Of a DNA stretch of 64,000 nt, positions 1 through 13,557 are shown one piece after another (the first letter of the stretch is position 1; every line of letters starts with the position of its first letter). The notes under the pieces were generated by a model. It saw nothing but the letters and a program-made list of their open reading frames with translations, made no database searches and was not told where the DNA came from. The position numbers and the translations under genes were made by a program. The stretch covers positions 12,586,001-12,650,000 of the forward strand of contig OZ024744.1 of assembly GCA_964016885.1 (NCBI GenBank), given 5' to 3'. Source of the stretch: Eledone cirrhosa (Eukaryota).

Positions 1-3000
1 AGTGGTGTGATAACAGTAGTGTAGGTGCTAGTAGTAGTGACATGACAGTAGTGTAGGTGGTAGTAGTGGTGTGATAACAGTAGTGTAGGTGGTAGTAGTG
101 GTGACAGAATAGTAGTGTAGGTGGTAGGAGGGTGACATGACAGTAGTGTAGGTGGTAGTAGTGGTGTCATGACAGTAGTGTAGGTGGTAGTAGGGTGACA
201 TGACAGTTGTGTAGGTGGCAGTAGTGGTGACATGACAGTAGTGTAGGTGGTAGTAGGGTGACATGACAGTAGTGTAGGTGGTAGTAGTGGTGTCATGACA
301 ATAGTGTCGGTGGTAGTAGTGGTGTCATGACAGTAGTGTAGGTGGTAGTAGTGGTGACATGTCAGTAGTGTAGGTGGTAGTAGTGGTGACATGACAATAT
401 TGTAGGTGGTAGTAGTGGTGTCATGACAGTAGTGTAGGTGGTAGTAGTGGTGTCATGACAATAGTGTAGGTGGTAGTAGTGGTGACATGACAGTAGTGTA
501 GGTGGTAGTAGTTTGTGACATGACAGTAGTGTAGGTGGTAGTAGTGGTGACATGACAGTAGTGTAGGTGGTAGTAGTGGTGACATGACAGTAGTGTAGGT
601 GGTAGTAGTGGTGACATGACAGTAGTGTAGGTGGTAGTAGTGGTGACACAACAGTAGTCTAGGTGGTAGTAGTGGTGACATGTCAGTAGTGTAGGTGGTA
701 GTAGTGGTGACATGACAGTAGTCTAGGTGGTAGTAGTGGTGACATGACAGTAGTGTAGGTGGTAGTAGTGGTGTGGTAACAGTAGTGTAGGTGGTAGTAG
801 TGGTGACATTAAAAGTAGTGTAGGTGGTAGTATTGGTGACATGACTGTAGTGTAGGTGGTAGTAGTGGTGACATGACAGTAGTGTAGGTGGTAGTAGTGG
901 TGACAGGACAGTAGTGTAGGTGGTAGTAGTGGTGTCATGACAGCAGTGTAGGTGGTAGTATTGGTAACATGACAGTAGTGTAGGTGGTAGTAGTGGTGAC
1001 ATGACAGTAGTGTAGGTGGTAGTAGTGGTGTCATGACAATAGTGTAGGTGGTAGTAGTGGTGTCATGACAGTAGTGTAGGTAGTAGTAGTGGTGTCATGA
1101 CAATAGTGTAGGTGGTAGTAGCGGTGACATGACAGTACTGTAGGTGGTAGTATTGGTGACAACAGCAGTGTAGGTGGTAGTAGTGGTGTCATGATAGTGG
1201 TGTGGGTGGTAGTAGTGGTGTCATGACAGTAGTGTAGGTGGTAGTAGTGGTGTCATGATAGTGGTGTGGGTGGTAGTAGTGGTGTCATGACAGTAGTGTA
1301 GGTGGTAGTAGTGGTGACATGACAGTAGTGTCGGTGGTAGTAGTGGTAGTAGTGGTGACATGACAGTACTGTAGGTGGTAGTAGTGGTGTCATGACAGTA
1401 GGGTAGGTGGTAGTAGTGGTGACATGACAGTAGTGTAGGTGGTAGTAGTGGTGTCATGACAGTAGTGTAGGTGGTAGTACTGGTGACATGACAGTAGTGT
1501 AGGTGGTAGTAGTGGTGTCATGACAGTAGTGTAGGTGGTAGTAGTGGTGACATGACTGTAGTGTAGGTGGTAGTAGTGGTGTCATGACAGTAGTGTAGGT
1601 GGTAGTAGTGCTGTCATGACAGTAGTGTAGGTGGTAGTAGTGGTGTCATGACAGTAGTGTAGGTGGTAGTAGTGGTGACATGACAGTAGTGTAGGTGGTA
1701 GTAGTGGTGTCATGACAGTAGTGTAGGTGGTAGTAGTGGTATCATGACAGTAGTGTAGGTGGTAGTAGTGGTGACATAACAGTGGTGTAGGTGGTAGTAG
1801 TGGTATCATGACAGTAGTGTAGGTGGTAGAAGTGGTGACATGACAGTAGTGTAGGTGGTAGTAGTGGTGACATGTCAGTAGTGTAGGTGGTAGTAGTGGT
1901 GACATGACAATATTGTAGGTTGTAGTAGTGGTGTCATGACAGTAGTGTAGGTGGTAGTAGTGGTGTCATGACAATAGTGTAGGTGGTAGTAGTGGTGACG
2001 TGACAGTAGTGTAGGTGGTAGTAGTTGTGACATGAGAGTAGTGTAGGTGGTAGTAGTGGTAACATGACGGTAGTGTAGGTGGTAGTAGTGGTGACATGAC
2101 AGTAGTGTAGGTGGTAGTAGTGGTGTCATGACAATAGTGTAGGTGGTAGTAGTGGTGACATGACAGTAGTGTAGGTGATAGTAGTGGTGACATGACAGTA
2201 GTGTAGGTGGTAGTAGTGGTGACATAACAGTAGTCTAGGTGCTAGTAGTGGTAACATGACAGTAGTTTAGGTGGTAGTAGTGGTGACATGACAATAGTGT
2301 AGGTGGTAGTAGTGGTGGCATAACAGTAGTGTAGGTGGTAGTAGTGGTGACATGACAATAGTGTAGGTGGTAGTAGTGGTGACATAACAGTAGTGTAGGT
2401 GGTAGTAGTGTTGACATGACAGTAGTGTAGGTGGTAGTAGTGGTGTTATGACAGTAGTGTAGGTGGTAGTAGTGGTGACATGTCAGTAGTGGTGACATGA
2501 CAGTAGTGTAGGTGGTAGTAGTGGTGACATGACAGTAGTGTAGGTGGTAGTAGTGGTGACATGACAGTAGTGTAGGTGGTAGTAGTGGTGTCATGACAGT
2601 AGTGTAGGTGGTAGAAGTGGTGACATGACAATAGTGTAGGTGGTAGTAGTGGTGTCAAGACAGTAGTGTAGGTGGTAGTAGTGGTGACATGTCAGTAGTG
2701 TAGGTGGTAGTAGTGGTGACATGACAATATTGTAGGTGGTAGTAGTGGTGTCATGACAGTAGTGTAGGTGGTAGTAGTGGTGTCATGACAATAGTGTAGG
2801 TGCTAGTAGTGGTGACATGACAGTAGTGTAGGTGGTAGTAGTTTGTGACATGACAGTAGTGTAGGTGGTAGTAGTGGTGACATGACAGTAGTGTAGGTGG
2901 TAGTAGTGGTGACATGACAGTAGTGTAGGTGGTAGTAGTGGTGACATGACAGTAGTGTAGGTGGTAGTAGTGGTGCCATGACAGTAGTGTAGGTGGTAGT

Positions 3001-6000
3001 AGTGGTGACACAACAGTAGTCTAGGTGGTAGTAGTGGTGACATGTCAGTAGTGTAGGTGGTAGTAGTGGTGACATGACAGTAGTGTAGGTGGTAGTAGTT
3101 GTGACATGACAGTAGTGTAGGTGGTAGTAGTGGTGTGGTAACAGTAGTGTAGGTGGTAGTAGTGGTGACATTAAAAGTAGTGTAGGTGGGAGTAGTGGTG
3201 ACATGACTGTAGTGTAGGTGGTAGTAGTGGTGACATGACAGTAGTGTAGGTGGTAGTAGTGGTGACATGACAGTAGTGTAGGTGGTAGTAGTGGTGACAT
3301 GACTGTAGTGTAGGTGGTAGTAGTGGTGTCATGACAGTAGTGTAGGGGTTGTAGTGGTGTCATGACAGTAGTGTAGGTGGTAGTAGTGGTGTCATAACAG
3401 TAGTGTAGGTGGTAGTAGTGGTGACATGACAGTAGTGTAGGTGGTAGTAGTGGTGTCATGACAGTAGTGTAGGTGGTAGTAGTGGTATCATGACAGTAGT
3501 GTAGGTGGTAGTAGTGGTGACATGACAGTGGTGTAGGTGGTAGTAGTGGTATCATGACAGTAGTGTAGGTGGTAGAAGTGGTGACATGACAGTAGTGTAG
3601 GTGGTAGTAGTGGTGACATGTCAGTAGTGTAGGTGGTAGTAGTGGTGACATGACAATATTGTAGGTGGTAGTAGTGGTGTCATGACAGTAGTGTAGGTGG
3701 TAGTAGTGGTGTCATGACAATAGTGTAGGTGGTAGTAGTGGTGACATGACAGTAGTGTAGGTGGTAGTAGTTGTGACATGAGAGTAGTGTAGGTGGTAGT
3801 AGTGGTGACATGACGGTAGTGTAGGTGGTTGTAGTGGTGACATGACAGTAGTGTAGGTGGTAGTAGTGGTGTCATGACAATAGTGTAGGTGGTAGTAGTG
3901 GTGACATGACAGTAGTGTAGGTGGTAGTAGTGGTGACATAACAGTAGTCTTGGTGCTAGTAGTGGTAACATGACAGTAGTTTAGGTGGTAGTAGTGGTGA
4001 CATGACAATAGTGTAGGTGGTAGTAGTGGTGGCATAACAGTAGTGTAGGTGGTAGTAGTGGTGACATGACAATAGTGTAGGTGGTAGTAGTGGTGACATA
4101 ACAGTAGTGTAGGTGGTGGTAGTGTTGACATGACAGTAGTGTAGGTGGTAGTAGTGGTGTCATGACAGTAGTGTAGGTGGTAGTAGTGGTGACATGACAG
4201 TAGTGTAGGTGGTAGTAGTGGTGACATGACAGTAGTGTAGGTGGTAGTAGTGGTGTCATGACAGTAGTGTAGGTGGTAGTAGTGGTGACATGACAGTAGT
4301 GTAGGTGGTAGTAGTGGTGACATGACAATAGTGTAGGTGGTAGTAGTGGTGTCAAGACAGTAGTGTAGGTGGTAGTAGTGGTGACATGTCAGTAGTGTAG
4401 GTGGTAGTAGTGGTGACATGACAATATTGTAGGTGGTAGTAGTGGTGTCATGACAGTAGTGTAGGTGGTAGTAGTGGTGTCATGACAATAGTGTAGGTGG
4501 TAGTAGTGGTGACATGACAGTAGTGTAGGTGGTAGTAGTTTGTGACATGACAGTAGTGTAGGTGGTAGTAGTGGTGACATGACAGTAGTGTAGGTGGTAG
4601 TAGTGGTGACATGACAGTAGTGTAGGTGGTAGTAGTGGTGACATGACAGTAGTGTAGGTGGTAGTAGTGGTGACATGACAGTAGTGTAGGTGGTAGTAGT
4701 GGTGCCATGACAGTAGTGTAGGTGGTAGTAGTGGTGACACAACAGTAGTCTAGGTGGTAGTAGTGGTGACATGTCAGTAGTGTAGGTGGTAGTAGTGGTG
4801 ACATGACAGTAGTGTAGGTGGTAGTAGTGGTGACATGACAGTAGTGTAGGTGGTAGTAGTGGTGTGGTAACAGTAGTGTAGGTGGTAGTAGTGGTGACAT
4901 TAAAAGTAGTGTAGGTGGGAGTAGTGGTGACATGACTGTAGTGTAGGTGGTAGTAGTGGTGACATGACAGTAGTGTAGGTGGTAGTAGTGGTGACATGAC
5001 AGTAGTGTAGGTGGTAGTAGTGGTGTCATGACAGCAGTGTAGGTGGTAGTATTGGTAACATGACAGTAGTGTAGGTGGTAGTAGTGGTGACATGACTGTA
5101 GTGTAGGTGGTAGTAGTGGTGTCATGACAATAGTGTAGGTGGTAGTAGTGGTGTCATGACAGTAGTGTAGGTAGTAGTAGTGGTAGTAGTGGTGACATGA
5201 CAGTACTGTAGGTGGTAGTATTGGTGACAACAGCAGTGTAGGTGGTAGTAGTGGTGTCATGATAGTGGTGTGCGTGGTAGTAGTGGTGTCATGACAGTAG
5301 TGTAGGTGGTAGTAGTGGTGTCATGATAGTGGTGTGGGTGGTAGTAGTGGTGTCATGACAGTAGTGTAGGTGGTAGTAGTGGTGACATGACAGTAGTGTC
5401 GGTGGTAGTAGTGGTGACATGACAGTACTGTAGGTGGTAGTAGTGGTGTCATGACAGTAGGGTAGGTGGTAGTAGTGGTGACATGACAGTAGTGTAGGTG
5501 GTAGTAGTGGTGTCATGACAGTAGTGTAGGTGGTAGTAGTGGTGACATGACAGTAGTGTAGGTGGTAGTAGTGGTGTCATGACAGTAGTGTAGGTGGTAG
5601 TAGTGGTGACATGACTGTAGTGTAGGTGGTAGTAGTGGTGTCATGACAGTAGTGTAGGTGGTAGTAGTGGTGTCATGACAGTAGTGTAGGTGGTAGTAGT
5701 GGTGTCATGACAGTAGTGTAGGTGGTAGTAGTGGTGACATGACAGTAGTGTAGGTGGTAGTAGTGGTGTCATGACAGTAGTGTAGGTGGTAGTAGTGGTA
5801 TCATGACAGTAGTGTAGGTGGTAGTAGTGGTGACATGACAGCGGTGTAGGTGGTAGTAGTGGTATCATGACAGTAGTGTAGGTGGTAGAAGTGGTGACAT
5901 GACAGTAGTGTAGGTGGTAGTAGTGGTGACATGTCAGTAGTGTAGGTGGTAGTAGTGGTGACATGACAATATTGTAGGTGGTAGTAGTGGTGTCATGCCA

Positions 6001-9000
6001 TTAGTGTAGGTGGTAGTAGTGGTGTCATGACAATAGTGTAGGTGGTAGTAGTGGTGACATGACAGTAGTGTAGGTGGTAGTAGTTGTGACATGAGAGTAG
6101 TGTAGGTGGTAGTAGTGGTGACATGACGGTAGTGTAGGTGGTAGTAGTGGTGACATGACAGTAGTGTAGGTGGTAGTAGTGGTGTCATGACAATAGTGTA
6201 GGTGGTAGTAGTGGTGACATGACAGTAGTGTAGGTGGTAGTAGTGGTGACATGACAGTAGTGTAGGTGGTAGTAGTGGTGACATAACAGTAGTCTAGGTG
6301 CTAGTAGTGGTAACATGACAGTAGTTTAGGTGGTAGTAGTGGTGACATGACAATAGTGTAGGTGGTAGTAGTGGTGGCATAACAGTAGTGTAGGTGGTAG
6401 TAGTGTTGACATGACAGTAGTGTAGGTGGTAGTAGTGGTGTCATGACAGTAGTGTAGGTGGTAGTAGTGGTGTCATGTCAGTAGTGGTGACATGACAGTA
6501 GTGTAGGTGGTAGTAGTGGTGACATGACAGTAGTGTAGGTGGTAGTAGTGGTGACATGACAGTAGTGTAGGTGGTAGTAGTGGTGACATGACAATATTAT
6601 AGGTGGTAGTAGTGGTATCATGACAGTAGTGTAGGTGGTAGTAGTGGTGACATGACAGTAGTGTAGGTGGTAGTAGTGGTGACATGTCAGTAGTGTAGGT
6701 GGTAGTAGTGGTGTCATGACAGTAGTGTAGGTGGTAGTAGTGGTGACATGACAATATTGTAGGTGGTAGTAGTGGTGTCATGACAGTAGTGTAGGTGGTA
6801 GTAGTGGTGTCATGACAATAGTGTAGGTGGTAGTAGTGGTGACATGACAGTAGTGTAGGTGGTAGTAGTTTGTGACATGACAGTAGTGTAGGTGGTAGTA
6901 GTGGTGACATGACTGTAGTGTAGGTGGTAGTAGTTGTGACATGACAGTTGTGTAGGTGGTAGTAGTGGTGACATGACAATAGTGTAGGTGGTAGTAGTGG
7001 TGTCATGACAGTAGTGTAGGTGGTAGTAGTGGTATCATGACAATATTGTAGGTGGTCGTAGTGGTGACATGACAGTAGAGTAGGTGGTAGTAGTTGTGAC
7101 ATGACTAGTGTAGGTGGTAGTAGTTGTGACATGACAGTAGTGTAGGTGGTAGTAGTGGTGTCATGACAGTAGTGTAGGTGGTAGTAGTGGTGTCATGACA
7201 ATAGTGTAGGTGTTAGTAGTGGTGTCATGACAGTAGTGTAGGTGGTAGTAGTGGTGACATGTCAGTAGTGTAGGTGGTAGTAGTGGTAACATGACAGTAG
7301 TGTAGGTGGTAGTAGTGGTGACATGACAGTAGTGTAGGTGGTAGTAGTGGTGTCATGACAGTAGTGTAGGTGGTAGTAGTGGTGACATGACAGTGGTGTA
7401 GGTGGTAGTAGTGGTATCATGACAGTAGTGTAGGTGGTAGTAGTGGTGACATGACAGTAGTGTAGGTGGTAGTAGTGGTGACATGTCAGTAGTGTAGGTG
7501 GTAGTAGTGGTGACATGACAGTAGTGTAGGTGGTAGTAGTGGTGACATGACAGTAGTGTAGGTGGTAGTAGTGGTGTCATGACAGTAGTGTAGGTGGTAG
7601 TAGTGGTGACATGACAATATTATAGGTGGTAGTAGTGGTGTCATGACAGTAGTGTAGGTGGTAGTAGTTGTGACATGTCAGTAGTGTAGGTGGTAGTAGT
7701 GGTGACATGACAGTAGTGTAGGTGGTAGTAGTGGTGACATGACAGTAGTGTAGGTGGTAGTAGTGGTGACATGACAGTAGTGTAGGTGGTAGTAGTGGTG
7801 TCATGACAATAGTGTAGGTGTTAGTATTGGTGTCATGACAGTAGTGTAGGTGGTAGTAGTGGTGTCATGACAGTAGTGTAGGTGTTAGTATTGGTGTCAT
7901 GACAGTAGTGTAGGTGGTAGTAGTGGTGTCATGACAGTAGTGTAGGTGATAGTAGTGGTGACATGACAGTAGTGTAGGTGGTAGTAGTGGTGACATGACA
8001 GTAGTGTAGGTGGTAGTAGTGGTGACATGACAGTACTGTAGGTGGTAGTAGTGGTGTCATGACAGTAGGGTAGGTGGTAGTAGTGGTGACATGACAGTAG
8101 TGTCGGTGGTAGTAGTGGTGACATGACAGTACTGTAGGTGGTAGTAGTGGTGTCATGACAGTAGGGTAGGTGGTAGTAGTGGTGACATGACAGTAGTGTA
8201 GGTGGTAGTAGTGGTGTCATGACAGTAGTGTAGGTGGTAGTAGTGGTGACATGACAGTAGTGTAGGTGGTAGTAGTGGTGTCATGACAGTAGTGTAGGTG
8301 GTAGTAGTGGTGACATGACTGTAGTGTAGGTGGTAGTAGTGGTGTCATGACAGTAGTGTAGGTGGTAGTAGTGGTGACATGACAGTAGTGTCGGTGGTAG
8401 TAGTGGTGACATGACAGTACTGTAGGTGGTAGTAGTGGTGTCATGACAGTAGGGTAGGTGGTAGTAGTGGTGACATGACAGTAGTGTAGGTGGTAGTAGT
8501 GGTGTCATGACAGTAGTGTAGGTGGTAGTAGTGGTGACATGACAGTAGTGTAGGTGGTAGTAGTGGTGTCATGACAGTAGTGTAGGTGGTAGTAGTGGTG
8601 ACATGACTGTAGTGTAGGTGGTAGTAGTGGTGTCATGACAGTAGTGTAGGTGGTAGTAGTGGTGTCATGACAGTAGTGTAGGTGGTAGTAGTGGTGTCAT
8701 GACAGTAGTGTAGGTGGTAGTAGTGGTGACATGACAGTAGTGTAGGTGGTAGTAGTGGTGTCATGACAGTAGTGTAGGTGGTAGTAGTGGTATCATGACA
8801 GTAGTGTAGGTGGTAGTAGTGGTGACATGACAGCGGTGTAGGTGGTAGTAGTGGTATCATGACAGTAGTGTAGGTGGTAGAAGTGGTGACATGACAGTAG
8901 TGTAGGTGGTAGTAGTGGTGACATGTCAGTAGTGTAGGTGGTAGTAGTGGTGACATGACAATATTGTAGGTGGTAGTAGTGGTGTCATGCCATTAGTGTA

Positions 9001-11980
9001 GGTGGTAGTAGTGGTGTCATGACAATAGTGTAGGTGGTAGTAGTGGTGACATGACAGTAGTGTAGGTGGTAGTAGTTGTGACATGAGAGTAGTGTAGGTG
9101 GTAGTAGTGGTGACATGACGGTAGTGTAGGTGGTAGTAGTGGTGACATGACAGTAGTGTAGGTGGTAGTAGTGGTGTCATGACAATAGTGTAGGTGGTAG
9201 TAGTGGTGACATGACAGTAGTGTAGGTGGTAGTAGTGGTGACATGACAGTAGTGTAGGTGGTAGTAGTGGTGACATAACAGTAGTCTAGGTGCTAGTAGT
9301 GGTAACATGACAGTAGTTTAGGTGGTAGTAGTGGTGACATGACAATAGTGTAGGTGGTAGTAGTGGTGGCATAACAGTAGTGTAGGTGGTAGTAGTGTTG
9401 ACATGACAGTAGTGTAGGTGGTAGTAGTGGTGTCATGACAGTAGTGTAGGTGGTAGTAGTGGTGTCATGTCAGTAGTGGTGACATGACAGTAGTGTAGGT
9501 GGTAGTAGTGGTGACATGACAGTAGTGTAGGTGGTAGTAGTGGTGACATGACAGTAGTGTAGGTGGTAGTAGTGGTGACATGACAATATTATAGGTGGTA
9601 GTAGTGGTATCATGACAGTAGTGTAGGTGGTAGTAGTGGTGACATGACAGTAGTGTAGGTGGTAGTAGTGGTGACATGTCAGTAGTGTAGGTGGTAGTAG
9701 TGGTGTCATGACAGTAGTGTAGGTGGTAGTAGTGGTGACATGACAATATTGTAGGTGGTAGTAGTGGTGTCATGACAGTAGTGTAGGTGGTAGTAGTGGT
9801 GTCATGACAATAGTGTAGGTGGTAGTAGTGGTGACATGACAGTAGTGTAGGTGGTAGTAGTTTGTGACATGACAGTAGTGTAGGTGGTAGTAGTGGTGAC
9901 ATGACTGTAGTGTAGGTGGTAGTAGTTGTGACATGACAGTTGTGTAGGTGGTAGTAGTGGTGACATGACAATAGTGTAGGTGGTAGTAGTGGTGTCATGA
10001 CAGTAGTGTAGGTGGTAGTAGTGGTATCATGACAATATTGTAGGTGGTCGTAGTGGTGACATGACAGTAGAGTAGGTGGTAGTAGTTGTGACATGACTAG
10101 TGTAGGTGGTAGTAGTTGTGACATGACAGTAGTGTAGGTGGTAGTAGTGGTGTCATGACAGTAGTGTAGGTGGTAGTAGTGGTGTCATGACAATAGTGTA
10201 GGTGTTAGTAGTGGTGTCATGACAGTAGTGTAGGTGGTAGTAGTGGTGACATGTCAGTAGTGTAGGTGGTAGTAGTGGTAACATGACAGTAGTGTAGGTG
10301 GTAGTAGTGGTGACATGACAGTAGTGTAGGTGGTAGTAGTGGTGTCATGACAGTAGTGTAGGTGGTAGTAGTGGTGACATGACAGTGGTGTAGGTGGTAG
10401 TAGTGGTATCATGACAGTAGTGTAGGTGGTAGTAGTGGTGACATGACAGTAGTGTAGGTGGTAGTAGTGGTGACATGTCAGTAGTGTAGGTGGTAGTAGT
10501 GGTGACATGACAGTAGTGTAGGTGGTAGTAGTGGTGACATGACAGTAGTGTAGGTGGTAGTAGTGGTGTCATGACAGTAGTGTAGGTGGTAGTAGTGGTG
10601 ACATGACAATATTATAGGTGGTAGTAGTGGTGTCATGACAGTAGTGTAGGTGGTAGTAGTTGTGACATGTCAGTAGTGTAGGTGGTAGTAGTGGTGACAT
10701 GACAGTAGTGTAGGTGGTAGTAGTGGTGACATGACAGTAGTGTAGGTGGTAGTAGTGGTGACATGACAGTAGTGTAGGTGGTAGTAGTGGTGTCATGACA
10801 ATAGTGTAGGTGTTAGTATTGGTGTCATGACAGTAGTGTAGGTGGTAGTAGTGGTGTCATGACAGTAGTGTAGGTGTTAGTATTGGTGTCATGACAGTAG
10901 TGTAGGTGGTAGTAGTGGTGTCATGACAGTAGTGTAGGTGATAGTAGTGGTGACATGACAGTAGTGTAGGTGGTAGTAGTGGTGACATGACAGTAGTGTA
11001 GGTGGTAGTAGTGGTGTCATGACAATATTGTAGGTGGTAGTAGTGGTGTCATGACAGTGGTGTAGGTGGTAGTAGTGGTGACATGACAGTAGTGTAGGTG
11101 GTAGTAGTGGTGTCATGACAGTAGTGTAGGTGGTAGCAGTGGTGTCATGACAGTGGCGTAGGTGGTAGTAGTGTTTACATGACAGTAGTGTAGGTGGTAG
11201 TAGTGGTGTCATGACAGTAGTGTAGGTGGTAGTAGTGGTGTCATGACAGTAGTGTAGGTGGTAGTAGTGGTGACATGACAGTAGTGTAGGTGGTAGTAGT
11301 GGTGACATGACAGTAGTGTAGGTGGTAGTAGTGGTGTCATGACAGTAGTGTAGGTGGTAGTAGTGGTGTCATGACAGTAGTGTAGGTGGTAGTAGTGGTG
11401 TCATGACAGTGGTGTAGGTGGTAGTAGTTGTGACATGACAGTAGTGTAGGTGGTAGTAGTGGTGACATGACAGTAGTGTAGGTGGTAGTAGTGGTGTCAT
11501 GACAGTGGTGTAGGTGGTAGTAGTTGTGACATGACAGTAGTGTAGGTGGTAGTAGTGGTGTCATGACAGTGGTGTAGGTGGTAGTAGTTGTGACATGACA
11601 GTAGTGTAGGTGGTAGTAGTGGTGTCATGACAGTAGTGTAGGTGGTAGTAGTGGTGTCATGACAGTAGTGTAGGTGGTAGTAGCGGTGTCATGACAGTGG
11701 TGTAGGTGGTAGTAGTTGTGACATGACAGTAGTGTAGGTGGTAGTAGTGGTGACATGACAGTAGTGTAGGTGGTAGTAGTGGTGTCATGACAGTAGTGTA
11801 GGTGGTAGTAGTGGTGACATGACAGTAGTGTAGGTGGTAGTAGTGGTGTCATGACAATAGTGTAGGTGGTAGTAGGGTGACATGACAGTGGTGTAGGTGG
11901 TAGTAGTGGTGTCATGACAGTAGTGTAGGTGGTAGTAGTGGTGTCATGACAGTAGTGTAGGTGGTAGTAGTGGTGTCATG
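1..11980. repeat. 32-bp tandem satellite (CATGACAGTAGTGTAGGTGGTAGTAGTGGTGA/T), ~370 copies, extends past window start
   Basis: Monomer read directly, with GA/GT dimorphism before CATG and recurring diagnostic variants. The array ends abruptly at ...GTCATG|AGACAAC (11980). Confidence 0.98.
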
Positions 11981-12364
11981 AGACAACACAGTCATTAAGC
12001 CTAAGCAATACAGGATTGCCTTGTTTGATTAGCTAAGTATATCCTACCTTATGTAATGAGATACTTGTAACATCTCAACATTTATTAATGGCTCTCTAAA
12101 TATTCCTACAACCATCATTGCTGAATCAAATCACTGATCAAATCTCAGAATCAAATCACTGATCATCTTCTCTTCATGGCTTCCATCTTATATCCCCTTT
12201 CCGAATGCTATTATGGCGAACACGCTGGTGTTTCTTAGTCTGTTTATAATTTGAAAATAAACACAAGTGTCATTGTTTCGATAATATTATAAATGGATAG
12301 ATTGTCGTCATATTTACAAAAATGATACGCGATGGGGCCCACCCACAGCCCTGTCGGATAGAAT

Positions 12365-13375
12365 GAAGATACTCCACATCCAATTAAGAGACTCTTTTTC
12401 ATGTCTCTCCAATCTAGTAAGCTGCTACCTTCTCTCAACCTGTCATTCTGATTGTAGTGAGTATTCTCCTAACTGAGCATGAAATCCCTATCTATCTAGG
12501 GAGGGTAAAATTCCAGAGATCCATGGACGAGTTCTCTCCAGCGGTCTCTGTCCCTCATTATCGCTACCATGTCCTGCGTCTCCAAGAGACCAGAATCTGT
12601 CCTTAGAGCATCAACATACGTTAACCTTGGTCTTCCTTTTCCTGTGTGTCCATGCAGTGGAGTCTGTGCCACTGTACGGGTCTGAGACTTGGACACTGAC
12701 CAAGAAACTCACTCAGATGGTGGAAGGGTGCTACTCGAGAATGCTGAGGATGACTCTGAACATTAACCAGTATACACTGAGGATGAAAAACTCAGAGCTG
12801 TATGCGAGCCTCCCAAAAGTCAGCTCAAAAGTGACACAGAGGAGACTGAGGTTAGCTGGACATGCTCACTGACATCCAGAGGAAATCCCTTGCAGTCCAA
12901 AACAAATGGAAATCGGTCTGCAATAATTTTTTCCTCCACAAGGTCTTGATACTTGGCACTCTTCCACATAAAGGTGTGGCTGTACTCTACTTCCCACGAG
13001 GCTGTGAGGCCAACCCAAATTATCTTCACCCTTTCAGAGTAAAGCACTGCATCTAACCTGAGCTATGTCTGGACAACCCAACGAAAACTGCAACCTTTCT
13101 CAAAGTTCAATCCTCATATACCACAACTGAATCATTTGTAGTAGGCCACATGTTCTAATTGTGGTAGATAAATTTTCTTCCTCTCTCACAAACTCGATTG
13201 ATTATGGCTTGGTATTATTTGTATCTCCCTGGAACCAGAACATTATCAAGAGCCATGACCACATTCTTATGGTACATCTATATCTCCTTTGAGGACCAGT
13301 TGTTTTACATACTGATAGAATGTGTGCTACAAAGCCCGACTTTCATAAAGCCTACAAGATTCATCCTCCCTTATG
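12365..13375 (-). mobile_element. Degraded 3' end of a restriction-like-endonuclease non-LTR element (R2 group, Hero/NeSL-like), interrupted by an RTE insertion
   Basis: The minus strand yields the zinc-knuckle remnant VAHILSVCKT..QRRY, then RLDAVLYSERVKIIWVGLTASWE..KSAKYQDL..DCKGF, and ESLNWMW beyond the insertion. This matches the RPD..ELT.PWE..K..KY..L..GCRGF RLE signature. Confidence 0.7.
12490..12881 (-). mobile_element. 5'-truncated, 5'-inverted RTE-clade LINE with 9-bp TSD
   Basis: The minus part encodes PLHGHTGKGRPRLTYVD..DRDRWR with a (TAGA)n tail. The plus part encodes AVESVPLYGSETW..QRRLRLAGH. GAAATCCCT is duplicated at 12481-12489 and 12882-12890. Confidence 0.85.
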
Positions 13376-13406
13376 ACATACATATGCATATTTGTACATG
13401 GTAAAT

Positions 13407-13557
13407 GTTAGTGGTAGTGCTGGTGCCATGATAAAATACACCCAGTACACTCTGCAAAGTGGTACTGCTTGCACCACAATAAAATGCATACAGTATTCTC
13501 TGCACAGTAGTAGTGTTGGTGCCACAATAAAATACACCCAGTACACTCTATAAAGTG
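13407..13557. repeat. Three degenerate copies of the 48-bp unit of the 35.5-39.9 kb array (opposite orientation)
   Basis: GTGGTAGTGCTGGTGCCATGATAAAATACACCCAGTACACTCTG is the reverse complement of that monomer. Confidence 0.8.

Noticed and set aside
1-11980. Dozens of His/Tyr/Thr/Pro-rich ORFs (MSPLLPPTLLSCHHYY...)
   Set aside because: A 32-bp period cycles through all frames; these are satellite translations with no splice or codon evidence.
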